Shown piece after piece: positions 1-9,524 of a stretch of DNA of 64,000 bases. The stretch spans positions 2,112,001 to 2,176,000 of the forward strand of contig OZ252149.1 in NCBI GenBank assembly GCA_965248755.1, given 5' to 3'. Within the stretch, counting starts at the first letter, position 1. The number at the start of each line of letters is the position of its first letter. Below the pieces are notes generated by a model. It was not told the origin of the DNA. It did no database searches and saw only the letters and a program-made list of their open reading frames with translations. Position numbers and translations under genes: made by a program. The DNA comes from Candidatus Latescibacterota bacterium (GTDB lineage: Bacteria > Latescibacterota > CBDEFO01).

Positions 1-317
1 CCAGCTTCATAAGCGAAGTTTTATGTTTCCTGGGCGCCTTCCAAAAATACTGGGCAGATCCCATGTACAGATGGATAGTGATAATACCTACTCTCGGAGT
101 AGTCCTGACAGCGGGATATTTCCTCTGGACGTTTCAGAGAATGTTTCTGGGACCTTTGAATCCTAAATATGAAGACCTCCCCGAAATAAACAAAAGAGAG
201 ATCTTCAGCCTGGCTCCATTAGGGGCCATAGTCATATTCCTCGGCGTCTATCCGATGCCCGTTTTGAACCTTATGAGAACATCTTTAAACAATATCATAA
301 AGATGGTTGGACCCTGA
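1..317 (+). CDS. nuoM: NADH-quinone oxidoreductase subunit M, 3' part (gene starts before the window)
   Basis: The frame is open from the window start (SFISEVLCFLGAF...GVVLTAGYFLWTFQRMFLGP...LGVYP), which are typical NuoM C-terminal motifs. It lies directly upstream of nuoN. Confidence 0.9.
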   Translation, partial: SFISEVLCFLGAFQKYWADPMYRWIVIIPTLGVVLTAGYFLWTFQRMFLGPLNPKYEDLPEINKREIFSLAPLGAIVIFLGVYPMPVLNLMRTSLNNIIKMVGP

Positions 318-457
318 AAAGGTAGACTTGGCACCGTCTTCGTTCCCTATAAAACAGTGAACGTATATAGAGACCAACCTGTGCGTTCACCCATTTGGGA
401 AAAACAAAGGGAGAAGGATGTGCCTTACCTACTGTCTACTTCGAAAGCGAGAGCTTC

Positions 458-1930
458 GTGTTAGAAGAAATTATCAGAAGTAACATAGACAGTCTCAAAT
501 ATATCTATCCTGAGATCGTCGTCGTACTCACGCTGGTTACTGTGATAATAACGGACCTGCTCCTTAAAAGGAGTAGACAGGCCCCCGTGGCGATTGTTTC
601 CACGATAGGGCTTATCATAGCCCTCGTTTTGATCGGTCAGCTCTACTCTGAGGAGAGTCGTTCTCTCTTTGCCGGAATGATGGCACTCGATCCATTTTCC
701 CTCTTTTTTAAGGCTGTCTTTTGCCTTGCCACCATAATAATAACGCTCTTTTCCATTACGTCTCCTGAGGTGCCAGAAGAACGCTCCGGTGAGTATTATG
801 CTCTCTTGCTGGGGATTGTCCTCGGTGGTTTTATGATGGCCTCCGCGACCAATCTCTTGATGATGTACCTTTCGCTTGAACTTGTCAGCATTCCCTCATA
901 TGTGCTTGCTTGCTTCCTCAAAAACGACCGCCGCTCTTCAGAGGCCGGGCTTAAATACTCAATCTACGGAGGCGTATCCTCAGGAGCAATGATTTACGGT
1001 ATGTCTCTGCTCTACGGGGCTACGGGTTCAATTAATATTTATCAGATTAGCCAGAGCATAAGTCAGTCACAACATTACGATTTAACGCTTGTGGTATCCA
1101 TCATCCTCATAATGGCCGGACTCGGATACAAGATAGCCTCAGTGCCCTTCCACTTTTGGACTCCCGACGTCTATGAAGGAGCACCCACACCTGTAACAGC
1201 CTATTTTTCAATCGTTCCCAAGGCCGCGGGATTTGCGATGCTCTCCAGATTCTTCTACTCCGGTGTATCCACATCAGAATGGATGCCGCAGATAGACTGG
1301 CCCTATCTTTTGGCCATAATATCCGCTGCCACCATGACGCTCGGCAATTTTGTGGCTATCTGGCAGGACAACTTAAAGAGGCTTCTTGCCTACTCAAGTA
1401 TAGCGCACGCAGGATATATCCTTATGGGGGTTGTAATGCTCTCCCCTGATGGGCTCAAAGCCGTTATGTTCTACATCGCAGTCTACCTGTTTATGAATTT
1501 AGGAGCCTTTCTGGTCGTCATAGCTATCTCCCAAAAGCTCAACACAGAAGACATAAAGGGCTACAGCGGTCTTGGATGGAGATCGCCCTTTGTCGCCGTC
1601 GCCATGACAATCTTCCTCTTCTCACTTACCGGGCTTCCACCTACAGGCGGATTTGTGGGGAAATTTTACCTCTTTGCCGCAGTCATAAAGGGCAAATACT
1701 ACTGGCTCGCCATCGTAGGTGTCCTCAACAGTGTCGTCTCTTTGTACTACTACGCAAGGATAGTAAAGGTTATGTTCTTGGAGGATGCCCTAACAGACGA
1801 AAAAGTGGTAATATCTACTTTGCATACAGTCCTTCTAACTCTGTTGGTTATACCTACGGTTCTGTTGGGAGTTTACTTTGTCCCTCTTGTCAAGCTGGCC
1901 GATAAATCTTTAGAGCTTTTGGGATACTAA
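458..1930 (+). CDS. nuoN: NADH-quinone oxidoreductase subunit N
   Basis: Polytopic membrane protein with SEAGLKY, KIASVPFHFWTPDVYEGAPTP, NLKRLLAYSSIAHAGY and SLTGLPPTGGFVGKF. The start is uncertain: GTG 458 chosen, the ORF track opens at 395. Confidence 0.95.
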   Translation: MLEEIIRSNIDSLKYIYPEIVVVLTLVTVIITDLLLKRSRQAPVAIVSTIGLIIALVLIGQLYSEESRSLFAGMMALDPFSLFFKAVFCLATIIITLFSITSPEVPEERSGEYYALLLGIVLGGFMMASATNLLMMYLSLELVSIPSYVLACFLKNDRRSSEAGLKYSIYGGVSSGAMIYGMSLLYGATGSINIYQISQSISQSQHYDLTLVVSIILIMAGLGYKIASVPFHFWTPDVYEGAPTPVTAYFSIVPKAAGFAMLSRFFYSGVSTSEWMPQIDWPYLLAIISAATMTLGNFVAIWQDNLKRLLAYSSIAHAGYILMGVVMLSPDGLKAVMFYIAVYLFMNLGAFLVVIAISQKLNTEDIKGYSGLGWRSPFVAVAMTIFLFSLTGLPPTGGFVGKFYLFAAVIKGKYYWLAIVGVLNSVVSLYYYARIVKVMFLEDALTDEKVVISTLHTVLLTLLVIPTVLLGVYFVPLVKLADKSLELLGY

Positions 1931-2063
1931 TAACCCCAAGAAAGTGGTCTGGGCACTGCGTGCGTCGATGCCAACCCTTTTTGCAAAGGGTACGAAGTGG
2001 TTAAGTGGTCGGAGAGCTTCTTGAAAAAGAAGATAATGGGTAGAGTCCGACTGTAATGAATCC

Positions 2064-2092
2064 TTGACATTTCTTGTGAGTTACAGCATTTT
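2064..2092 (+). promoter_or_regulatory. Possible sigma70 promoter of tRNA-Phe
   Basis: TTGACA at 2064-2069, 17-nt spacer, weak -10 CATTTT, about 35 nt upstream of the tRNA. Confidence 0.35.
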
Positions 2093-2125
2093 GGTTGTAG
2101 TTTATCAAAGTTACTCGGAACGATT

Positions 2126-2201
<76 letters not shown>

Positions 2202-2407
2202 ATAATTCCATCATAATCAATAAGTTGTGATGGATTTCTTCTTGCCGTTAATATTTAAGTTAATGGAGTAGGAAAGCTGAACTTGGTACGTTGAGAATTT
2301 GTTGATCTGTAGCGATATTGGGGACATGAAAAATTGACCTCGCTGCAGAGGAAGAACATTTTGAGTACTATAAGACTGGTCGGCTGCGTTGTCGTAAGTG
2401 TAAATTG

Positions 2408-2432
2408 ATCCCCAATAGACTCAATTGGGGAT
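2408..2432. repeat. Short palindromic REP-like element inside the IS remnant
   Basis: ATCCCCAAT-agactca-ATTGGGGAT, related to the 27-bp palindrome family seen elsewhere in the window. Confidence 0.7.
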
Positions 2433-2481
2433 TGACCAGAAAACTGGCCACTACCTTTCTGAGAGAAGAGTCGAATTACTC

Positions 2482-2504
2482 CCCCCGATAGATTCAATCG
2501 GGGG
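2482..2504. repeat. Short palindromic REP-like element inside the IS remnant
   Basis: CCCCCGAT-agattca-ATCGGGGG; the reverse complement resembles the copies at 57909 and 59891. Confidence 0.7.
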
Positions 2505-3368
2505 TGCGATACCAGGTTCCATACACAAGGAAGACCATGGAACGCTGGTATAGGATCATCAGAAAGGCAATCTACCATCACACTTTCAAGGAGTTTGAAC
2601 CCCTAGAAGGTGAACTTGAGATGGATGAAACTCTCTTCGGTGGTAGGAGACCTGGTAAAAGAGGTTGGGGTTCCGAAGGCAAACAGATAGTCTTTGGCAT
2701 CTATCAGAGAAAGGGTAAGGTGTTGACCTTTGCTGTCCCCTCAAGGAGTCGTGACTCACTACTGCCTCTTATTACCTAACACAGCAGACCAGGGAGCTTG
2801 TATTACACCGATAGTTGGATAGCCTACGCCTCGCTTTCTATCAGCGGCAACCGCCTGGTAGTGCCAAAAGAGAAGGGCATAGCGAAGGGAAAAGATCACC
2901 TCAATGGGGTGGAAGGCTTCTGGTCGTATGCCAAACACTGGCTCCATCAATATCAAGGCGTTGACAAAAGCTTCTTCCACCTTTACCTTAAAGAGGTAGA
3001 GTGGCGTTTCAACCACCGCCACGAAAATCTACTTCCTCTTATGAGAAAGCTACTCGATCAACAGGCTGTAAGTGACATGAGTTAGTGGAACTTTAGTTAT
3101 GCATTACCCTAATCAAAAATTCTTTTCGGGTGATGACAATGTCCCGGCAGTAAACTCGGACCACCCCCTTCGCACCCTGCTATCGGCGTGGGCGGCAGAA
3201 ATGGGGAATTCTGGTTAACATGGATAGGCCACTATGACAACACAAAAAGACTCATCCTTTGACGTTGAGAGCAAGAGTAAACAAAGCGTTCAGCTTGGGA
3301 GCCCGAGCCAACGGTCTGCACTTCGATTCACGAAAGACGGACTCACTCCTGACCAGTCCCAATAACCG

Positions 3369-4376
3369 GTGGATCGTCAGCCAATAAACGAGTACGCAGA
3401 GTTGAAACAGTTGGTTAGACAACGCGGACTCTTGGATAAGCAACTCGCTTACTACACCTATAAACTACTCTCAACATTAGGGTTGCTGGCCATCAGCCTT
3501 ACAATCCTTGCACTCGTAGATACCCTCTGGGTGCAGCTCATAAATGCTGGTTTTCTGGCCTTCGTCTTCGCCCAGTTAGGTTTCATCGGCCACGATGCAG
3601 GCCATAGGCAGATCTTTGGGTCGGACCGCAACAATGAAATCGCAGGCCTTGCCGTCTGCTTCTTGTTGGCTTTTGAGTGTAGCTGGTGGATCGATAAGCA
3701 CAATCGCCATCACAACAATCCCAATCACCTGGCTCTGGACCCAGATGCAGACTTTCCCGTTCTGGCTTTCACGAAGGAACAGGCCCTTAAAAAGAAGGGG
3801 TTTTTCAGGTTCATCGTAAAATACCAGGCCTTCCTCTTTTACCCGATGTTGCTTCTCGAGGGACTGGGCCTGCGACTAGCAGGGATTCAATACGTATTTG
3901 CCAACAAAATCAAATATCCTGTAGCAGAACCACTGCTCATGATGTGCCACTTCGCGGTCTACCTTGGCTTCTTATTCTTTTTCTTAAGTCCTTGGCACGC
4001 CGTGTTGTTTATCATAATTAACCAAGCGGTATTGGGTCTGATTGTGGGGTCGGTATTTGCGCCCAATCACAAAGGTATGCTTATGGTGGGCAAAAACGAA
4101 GAGATGGACTTCCTCCGGCGTCAGGTGCTAACTGCTCGAAATGTAAAAGGCCATCCTCTTACTGATTTCTGGTATGGGTGTCTCAACTATCAGATTGAGC
4201 ATCACTTGTTCCCCAACATGCCTCGCAATAATCTGAAGGAAACGCAGGAAATTGCAAAAGCGTTCTGTAAGGAACACTCCATCCCGTATCACGAGACAGG
4301 AATCGTTCAATCTGTGAAGGAAATCCTGCAGCATTTGCACCAGGAAAGCGCGCCATTACGGGAGAGAAAGGCATAA
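3369..4376 (+). CDS. Membrane-bound fatty acid (acyl-CoA/lipid) desaturase
   Basis: Three His boxes HDAGH, HNRHH and QIEHHLFP plus hydrophobic segments. The start is uncertain because an in-frame ATG at 3234 is cut off by a TAA at 3363. Confidence 0.9.
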   Translation: MDRQPINEYAELKQLVRQRGLLDKQLAYYTYKLLSTLGLLAISLTILALVDTLWVQLINAGFLAFVFAQLGFIGHDAGHRQIFGSDRNNEIAGLAVCFLLAFECSWWIDKHNRHHNNPNHLALDPDADFPVLAFTKEQALKKKGFFRFIVKYQAFLFYPMLLLEGLGLRLAGIQYVFANKIKYPVAEPLLMMCHFAVYLGFLFFFLSPWHAVLFIIINQAVLGLIVGSVFAPNHKGMLMVGKNEEMDFLRRQVLTARNVKGHPLTDFWYGCLNYQIEHHLFPNMPRNNLKETQEIAKAFCKEHSIPYHETGIVQSVKEILQHLHQESAPLRERKA

Positions 4377-4768
4377 CATTCCGTCTAATGTTCTTCTAGC
4401 CAGAGAGCCTATGGAGAGATGCGATAGTACAGACAAGAGGCGGCAATCTATTCGAGCATGAAATGAAAAATCCGGGTTGAAAGCCAAGGTTGAAGCGCCT
4501 TGCGTGATGCGCTTTGTGGCGGAGCAGGGGTGCACCGCTGCGGCCCCTGTTTGCTGGGGGACGAAGTGCCAGAAAACCGCGAAGCGGCGAAGTGGGCGAA
4601 GCAATCTGACTTAGGTTTCCTCTCCCTGTGTGTGGGCTACTATTTAGGATCCCTATAAACTTGTGCCTACTATTTTGACGCGATACTTGGCTTTTACCTG
4701 AAGGGAGGGAACCCTGATGTCAAACTCCTTTAATCACGGGCAGTCAGACCGTTTAATCTCCAAATGGG

Positions 4769-6910
4769 GTGATAAAAATGTCTTGGTGTGCAAGAATGGG
4801 TAGTATTTTATGTAAGCTGGCAGGGTTGATTCTGCTTGCTTTGATGGTCACCGCCATCTTTTTAGATGACGCCACCTGTGCGACTATCTACAGGATCGGA
4901 AAGCCCTTTTCGGATGCAGAAAGGACCAGTCTCGAGGGGATAGGGATTGAGGTCCAGCAGTTCAGCTGGGAAGTTTATGAGTCGGTGAAGAACCTGGATG
5001 TGGACTCTCTGAAGGCGGCACATGGCGGCTCAATTGAACCCAAGTTTATCAGGCCGGGTGAGAGCATAGCCGCAACGGCTCTGGACAGAGGAGGATGGAT
5101 AGCCGAAGGTACCCAAGACGATGAGAGGCTAAGCTTCAAAGAGGGATATGAAATCGAAGGCAACGTTGCGAATAACATGATAGACGGGGATCCGACCACG
5201 GCTTTTGTGTGGCCTAGGCCGGCGCCCCCGGGTTGGAAAAGAAACGGCGGAAGATGTCATAAAGCGCCTCACCGGATAGTTATTAACTTAGGCGGACAAT
5301 TTGTCGTCGACAAAGTAAGATTCTACCCTCGTGAAGGAATATCCCCTGATGGTGAGGAATATAAGACTCACTTCATAGAGGACTACCAATTGGGTACCAG
5401 TCAAGGCCGCAGGCCGCAGGATTTCGTCGAGACCTACTTGTGTCGAGGATCAGCTTTCATCCCGAGCTTCCGACAGTTTGCCCAGTACACTCACCCAGGA
5501 ACCGATCTTGACCAATCTGGAGGTCCATCTGGCAAAAGTGAAGACCATGATGATGTTGAAAATATATTTACTGAAGTTATAATACCGCTTGACCCTCCGG
5601 AGAAAATCTCTTATGTCGCGTTGTTGATCTGGCTCCCAATTGTGAAGACGATAGAGATCGCCGAGTTTGAGGTCTTTGGGCCGGAGGGCTTTATAGAAGA
5701 AGCCGCTTATATAGCTGACGTAATTGAGTTGGACGACATCGCCAGTTTCGGCGAGCTCACCTGGTCAGGGAGTCGTGATCCCAGGGCGGAGGCCAATATC
5801 CGAACCAGGAGCGGGACAGATCCTCAGCCGATTGTTTACTGGATACTCAAAGGTCAGCTGCGAACGCAGGTAGTTTTGCCTTCGACCAATGAGGAAGGAG
5901 AAGAGCTCAGCTTAGAGGAGTACAGAAGTGCTTTCTACAAACTCCCGGAAAATGTTTGGGCTGACTCGACTTACGATACGGAAAACTGGAGCTTCTGGTC
6001 TGCTCCTTACAAGTTTGAAAGTCCGGGAGCACCTATCGTCTCTCCTGGTCCCCGCAAATTCCTTCAGATCGGCGTGGATTTTGCCTCCGAAGTTAACGAT
6101 GGCAGCCGGATCGAGTATTTACAGTTTAAGGCCTCTGTGCCTCCTGCGGCTCGAGAGATAGTAGGTGAGATCTTCCCTACAGAAGTCGAGATAGGGAAGG
6201 TAACACACAAGTTCAGCTATTTTGTCAAGGCAACGATGACAGCTGTGGATAAAGGATTCGACACCTTGGAGATCACCACACCTTATGGGGTTAGTTCGGT
6301 CGATTCGCTAAGTGTAGATGGAATCAATCAGGACGGTTTCACCTGGGTGAAAAAGGCCGACGATTCTGGCTTTGAGGTCACATTACCCAGGAAGTTGGAT
6401 ACAGGAGACAGCGGAGTCATAGTTGAAGTGGTCTTCCAAGCTCCTGTTTTGAGGGAGCGCGGGACCTTTTTTGACGGCAGTGTGTTCGACAGCGCACAGC
6501 CTCACGAAGTTCATCAGAAGATCAAGGCTGGCAACGTGGCAGATGAGATCGAAAGCGATGTCCTTACGGTGATAACGTCTTTGGCCGAATCGATATTGTC
6601 CTCACCAGAGGTCTCTCCAAATCCCTTTACACCGAATGGCGACGGTGTCAATGATGTACTGAACCTATCTTATACCATTTTGAGGCTGACTGCCCCTGTT
6701 CCTGTCTCAATCGATATATACGATCTTTCCGGTGTCTTTATAAAGACAGTCTATTCTGGGAACGACTCCGTAGGACAATACCCCCGGCAATGGGATGGTA
6801 GAGACAGCGAGGATAATCTTGTTCCACCCGGGATATATGTGTATCGCGTATCGGTAGAGGCTCAGGAAGGGGAGGAGACGGCGACAGGGACTGTCTCTGT
6901 CGCCTATTAA
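4769..6910 (+). CDS. Secreted protein with discoidin-like head, Ig-like stalk and C-terminal FlgD-Ig/CHU_C-like domain (pair A, copy 1)
   Basis: Signal peptide; MIDGDPTT...IVINLGG.F.VDKVRFYP...IEIAEFEVFG; WSFWSAPY...SPGPRK; C-terminal SPNPFTPNGDGVND...IYDLSG...WDG...VPPGIYVY...VAY. Confidence 0.8.
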   Translation: MIKMSWCARMGSILCKLAGLILLALMVTAIFLDDATCATIYRIGKPFSDAERTSLEGIGIEVQQFSWEVYESVKNLDVDSLKAAHGGSIEPKFIRPGESIAATALDRGGWIAEGTQDDERLSFKEGYEIEGNVANNMIDGDPTTAFVWPRPAPPGWKRNGGRCHKAPHRIVINLGGQFVVDKVRFYPREGISPDGEEYKTHFIEDYQLGTSQGRRPQDFVETYLCRGSAFIPSFRQFAQYTHPGTDLDQSGGPSGKSEDHDDVENIFTEVIIPLDPPEKISYVALLIWLPIVKTIEIAEFEVFGPEGFIEEAAYIADVIELDDIASFGELTWSGSRDPRAEANIRTRSGTDPQPIVYWILKGQLRTQVVLPSTNEEGEELSLEEYRSAFYKLPENVWADSTYDTENWSFWSAPYKFESPGAPIVSPGPRKFLQIGVDFASEVNDGSRIEYLQFKASVPPAAREIVGEIFPTEVEIGKVTHKFSYFVKATMTAVDKGFDTLEITTPYGVSSVDSLSVDGINQDGFTWVKKADDSGFEVTLPRKLDTGDSGVIVEVVFQAPVLRERGTFFDGSVFDSAQPHEVHQKIKAGNVADEIESDVLTVITSLAESILSSPEVSPNPFTPNGDGVNDVLNLSYTILRLTAPVPVSIDIYDLSGVFIKTVYSGNDSVGQYPRQWDGRDSEDNLVPPGIYVYRVSVEAQEGEETATGTVSVAY

Positions 6911-7021
6911 TTACACTATTACCGGTGGTCAAGCAAGAATTCCCCCGTTCAAAGTGTTAAGGATTCGTTATATCAGCAGAAATTAGATAGATAGCAGTAT
7001 CCAAATCAGGTGTATGTTAGT
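6911..7021 (+). repeat. Duplicated downstream intergenic segment (second copy about 9243-9352)
   Basis: Near-identical non-coding sequence (cactattaccggtggtca...caaagtgttaaggattcgttatatc...gatagcagtatccaaatcaggtgtatgttagt) follows both pair-A genes. Confidence 0.85.
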
Positions 7022-7109
7022 GAAAGATTGCATAAAGGATTCATGTCAGCCAGCTCTTTATGAAGTTCTGTCAATCAATAAAGGGCAAACTAATTAACAT
7101 TCTTAGTGG

Positions 7110-9242
7110 GTGATGACAATGTCCTGGTTTACAAGAAATAGCAGTGTTCTATCAAAGCTGACAGGATTGATTCTTCTTGCTTTGGTAGTCATCAGTATCT
7201 TTTCAGATGAAGCCACCTGTGCGACTATCTACAGGATCGGAAGGCCGTTTTCACAAGCAGAGAGAGACAGTCTCGAGAGGATAGGGATTGAGGTCCAGCA
7301 GTTCAGCTGGGAAGTTTATGAGTCGGTGCAGAGTCTCGATGTGGACTCTCTGAAAGCGGCGGATGGCGGCTCAATTGAACCCAAGTTTATCAGGGAGGGT
7401 GAGAGCATAGCCGCAACGGCTCTGGACAGAGGAGGATGGATAGCCGAAGGTACCCAATCCGATGAGACGCTAGGCACCCTTGAGAGATATAAAATCCAAG
7501 GCAACATTGGGAACAACATGATAGATGGGGATCCGACCACGGCTTTTGTGTGGCCTTGGCCGCCGCCCCCGGGGGAGCAAAGAGGCGGCGCAAGATGTCA
7601 TAATGCGCCTCACCGGATAGTTATTTACTTAGGCGGACTATTTGTCGTCGATAAAGTAAGATTCTACACTCGTGAAGGAATATCCCCTGAGGGTGAGGAA
7701 TATGAGACTCACTTCATAGAGGACTATGAATTGGGTACCAGCCTTGGCCGCAGGCCGCAGGATTTCTTCGAGAGCTACTTGTGTCGAGGATCAGCTTACA
7801 TCCCGAGCTTCCGACAGTTTGCCAAGTACACTCTCTCACGCACTAATACGCATGAGCCGATTGAAAATATATTTTCTGAAGTTATAATACCGCTTGATCC
7901 TCCGGAGAAAATCTCTTATGTCGCGTTGTTGATCTATACCCCAAATTTGAAGACGATAGAGATCGCCGAGTTTGAGGTCTTAGGCTTACGAGAGAGCTTT
8001 ATAGAAGAATCCGCTTATATAGCTGACATAATTGAGTTGGACGACATCGCCAGTTTCGGCGAGATCACCTGGTCGGGGAGTCGTGATCCCAGGGCGGAGG
8101 CTAATATCCGAACCAGGAGCGGGACAGATCCTCAGCCGATTGTTTACTCGATACTCAAAGGTCCGCTGCTAACGCAGGTAGTTTTGCCTTCGACCGATCA
8201 GAAAGGAGAAGAGCTCAGCTTAGAGGAGTACAGAAGTGACTTCTACAAACTCCCGGATAATGTTCGGGCTGACTCGACTTACGATACGGAAAACTGGAGC
8301 TTCTGGTCTGCTCCTTACAAGTTTGAAAGTCCGGGAGCACCTATCGTCTCTCCTGGTCCCCGCAAATTCTTTCAGATCGGCGTGGATTTTGCCTCCGAAG
8401 TTAACGATGGCAGCCGGATCGAGTATTTACAGTTTAAGGCCTCTGTGCCTCCTGCGGCGCGAGAGATAGTTGGTGAGATCTTCCCTGCGGAAGTCGAGAT
8501 AGGGAAGGTAACACACAAGTTCAGCTATTTTGTCAAGGCAACGATGACAGCTGTGGATAAAGGATTCGACAGTGTTGAGATCACCACACCTTATAGGTTT
8601 AGTTCGGTGGATTCGCTAAGAGTAGATGGCATCAATCAGGACGGTTTCGACTTGAAGGTAAAGGAGGACAGCTTAGGCTTTGAGGTCACATTACCTACGG
8701 ATCCGGAAACTGGACTTCCTAGGAAGTTGGATACAGGAGATAGCGGAGTCATAGTTGAAGTGGTCTTCCAAGCTCCTGTTTTGAGGGAGCGCGGGACCTT
8801 TTTTGACGGCAGGGTGTTCGTCAAGGCAGAGCCTCACGAAGTTCGTCAGAGGATCAAGCCTGGCAACGTTGCAGATGAGATCGAAAGCGATGTCCTTACC
8901 GTGATAACGTCTTTGGCCGAATCGATATTGTCCTCTCCCCAGGTCTCTCCAAATCCCTTTACACCCAATGGCGATGGGGTCAATGACCTATTGAACATAT
9001 CTTATGCTATTCTGAGGTTGACTGCCCCTGTTCCTGTCTCAATCGATATATACGATCTTTCCGGTGACTTTATAAAGACAGTCTATTCTGGGAACGACTC
9101 CGTAGGACAATATATCCGGCATTGGGATGGGGGAGACAATAAGGATAATCTTGTTCCACCCGGGATATATGTGTATCGCGTATCGGTAGAGGCTCAGGAA
9201 GGGGAGGAGACGGCGACAGGGACTATCTCTGTTGTCTATTAA
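7110..9242 (+). CDS. Secreted FlgD-Ig/CHU_C-tailed protein (pair A, copy 2)
   Basis: Tandem paralog of 4769-6910 with long DNA-identical stretches and the same architecture; ends in VVY. Confidence 0.8.
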   Translation: MMTMSWFTRNSSVLSKLTGLILLALVVISIFSDEATCATIYRIGRPFSQAERDSLERIGIEVQQFSWEVYESVQSLDVDSLKAADGGSIEPKFIREGESIAATALDRGGWIAEGTQSDETLGTLERYKIQGNIGNNMIDGDPTTAFVWPWPPPPGEQRGGARCHNAPHRIVIYLGGLFVVDKVRFYTREGISPEGEEYETHFIEDYELGTSLGRRPQDFFESYLCRGSAYIPSFRQFAKYTLSRTNTHEPIENIFSEVIIPLDPPEKISYVALLIYTPNLKTIEIAEFEVLGLRESFIEESAYIADIIELDDIASFGEITWSGSRDPRAEANIRTRSGTDPQPIVYSILKGPLLTQVVLPSTDQKGEELSLEEYRSDFYKLPDNVRADSTYDTENWSFWSAPYKFESPGAPIVSPGPRKFFQIGVDFASEVNDGSRIEYLQFKASVPPAAREIVGEIFPAEVEIGKVTHKFSYFVKATMTAVDKGFDSVEITTPYRFSSVDSLRVDGINQDGFDLKVKEDSLGFEVTLPTDPETGLPRKLDTGDSGVIVEVVFQAPVLRERGTFFDGRVFVKAEPHEVRQRIKPGNVADEIESDVLTVITSLAESILSSPQVSPNPFTPNGDGVNDLLNISYAILRLTAPVPVSIDIYDLSGDFIKTVYSGNDSVGQYIRHWDGGDNKDNLVPPGIYVYRVSVEAQEGEETATGTISVVY

Positions 9243-9524
9243 TTGCACTATTACCGGTGGTCACGCAAAACTTACCCCCTTCAAAGTGTTAAGGATTCGT
9301 TATATCCACAGAAATTGGATAGATAGCAGTATCCAAATCAGGTGTATGTTAGTCTAATTTTGCATAAACGGTTTATGGGAACTAACTCTTATGGGAGAAA
9401 ATTACTCTATAACGGATCGTAGTTCATCGTATACTCCCCAACGGATGAGGAGGTGGAGCAAAGTATCGGGGATTAGTGGTTATTCCACAACAGTTAATAT
9501 CAATCCTAAAGGGGAATTCTGAAA

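Larger units (their letters stand above)
2330..3110 (+). mobile_element. Decayed IS1595-family (ISXO2-like DDE) transposase element
   Basis: Motifs ELEMDET.FGG..GKRGWG, YTDSW.AY and HLNGVEGFWS.AK...LYLKEVEWRFNHR. ORFs 2504-2779 and 2798-3085 are in one frame split by TAA (2777-2779). A degraded zinc ribbon (PRC...RLRCRKCK) lies at about 2335-2405. Element boundaries are approximate. Confidence 0.88.

Noticed and set aside
2777..2779. Stop-codon readthrough or an alternative genetic code suggested by in-frame TAA in the IS and the desaturase leader
   Set aside because: TAA, TAG and TGA all terminate conserved genes normally in this window, and the IS has other lesions.
4440..4620. GC-rich hairpin and GCGAAGC motifs as a possible mobile-element end or ncRNA
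   Set aside because: No partner end, transposase or recognisable RNA family.
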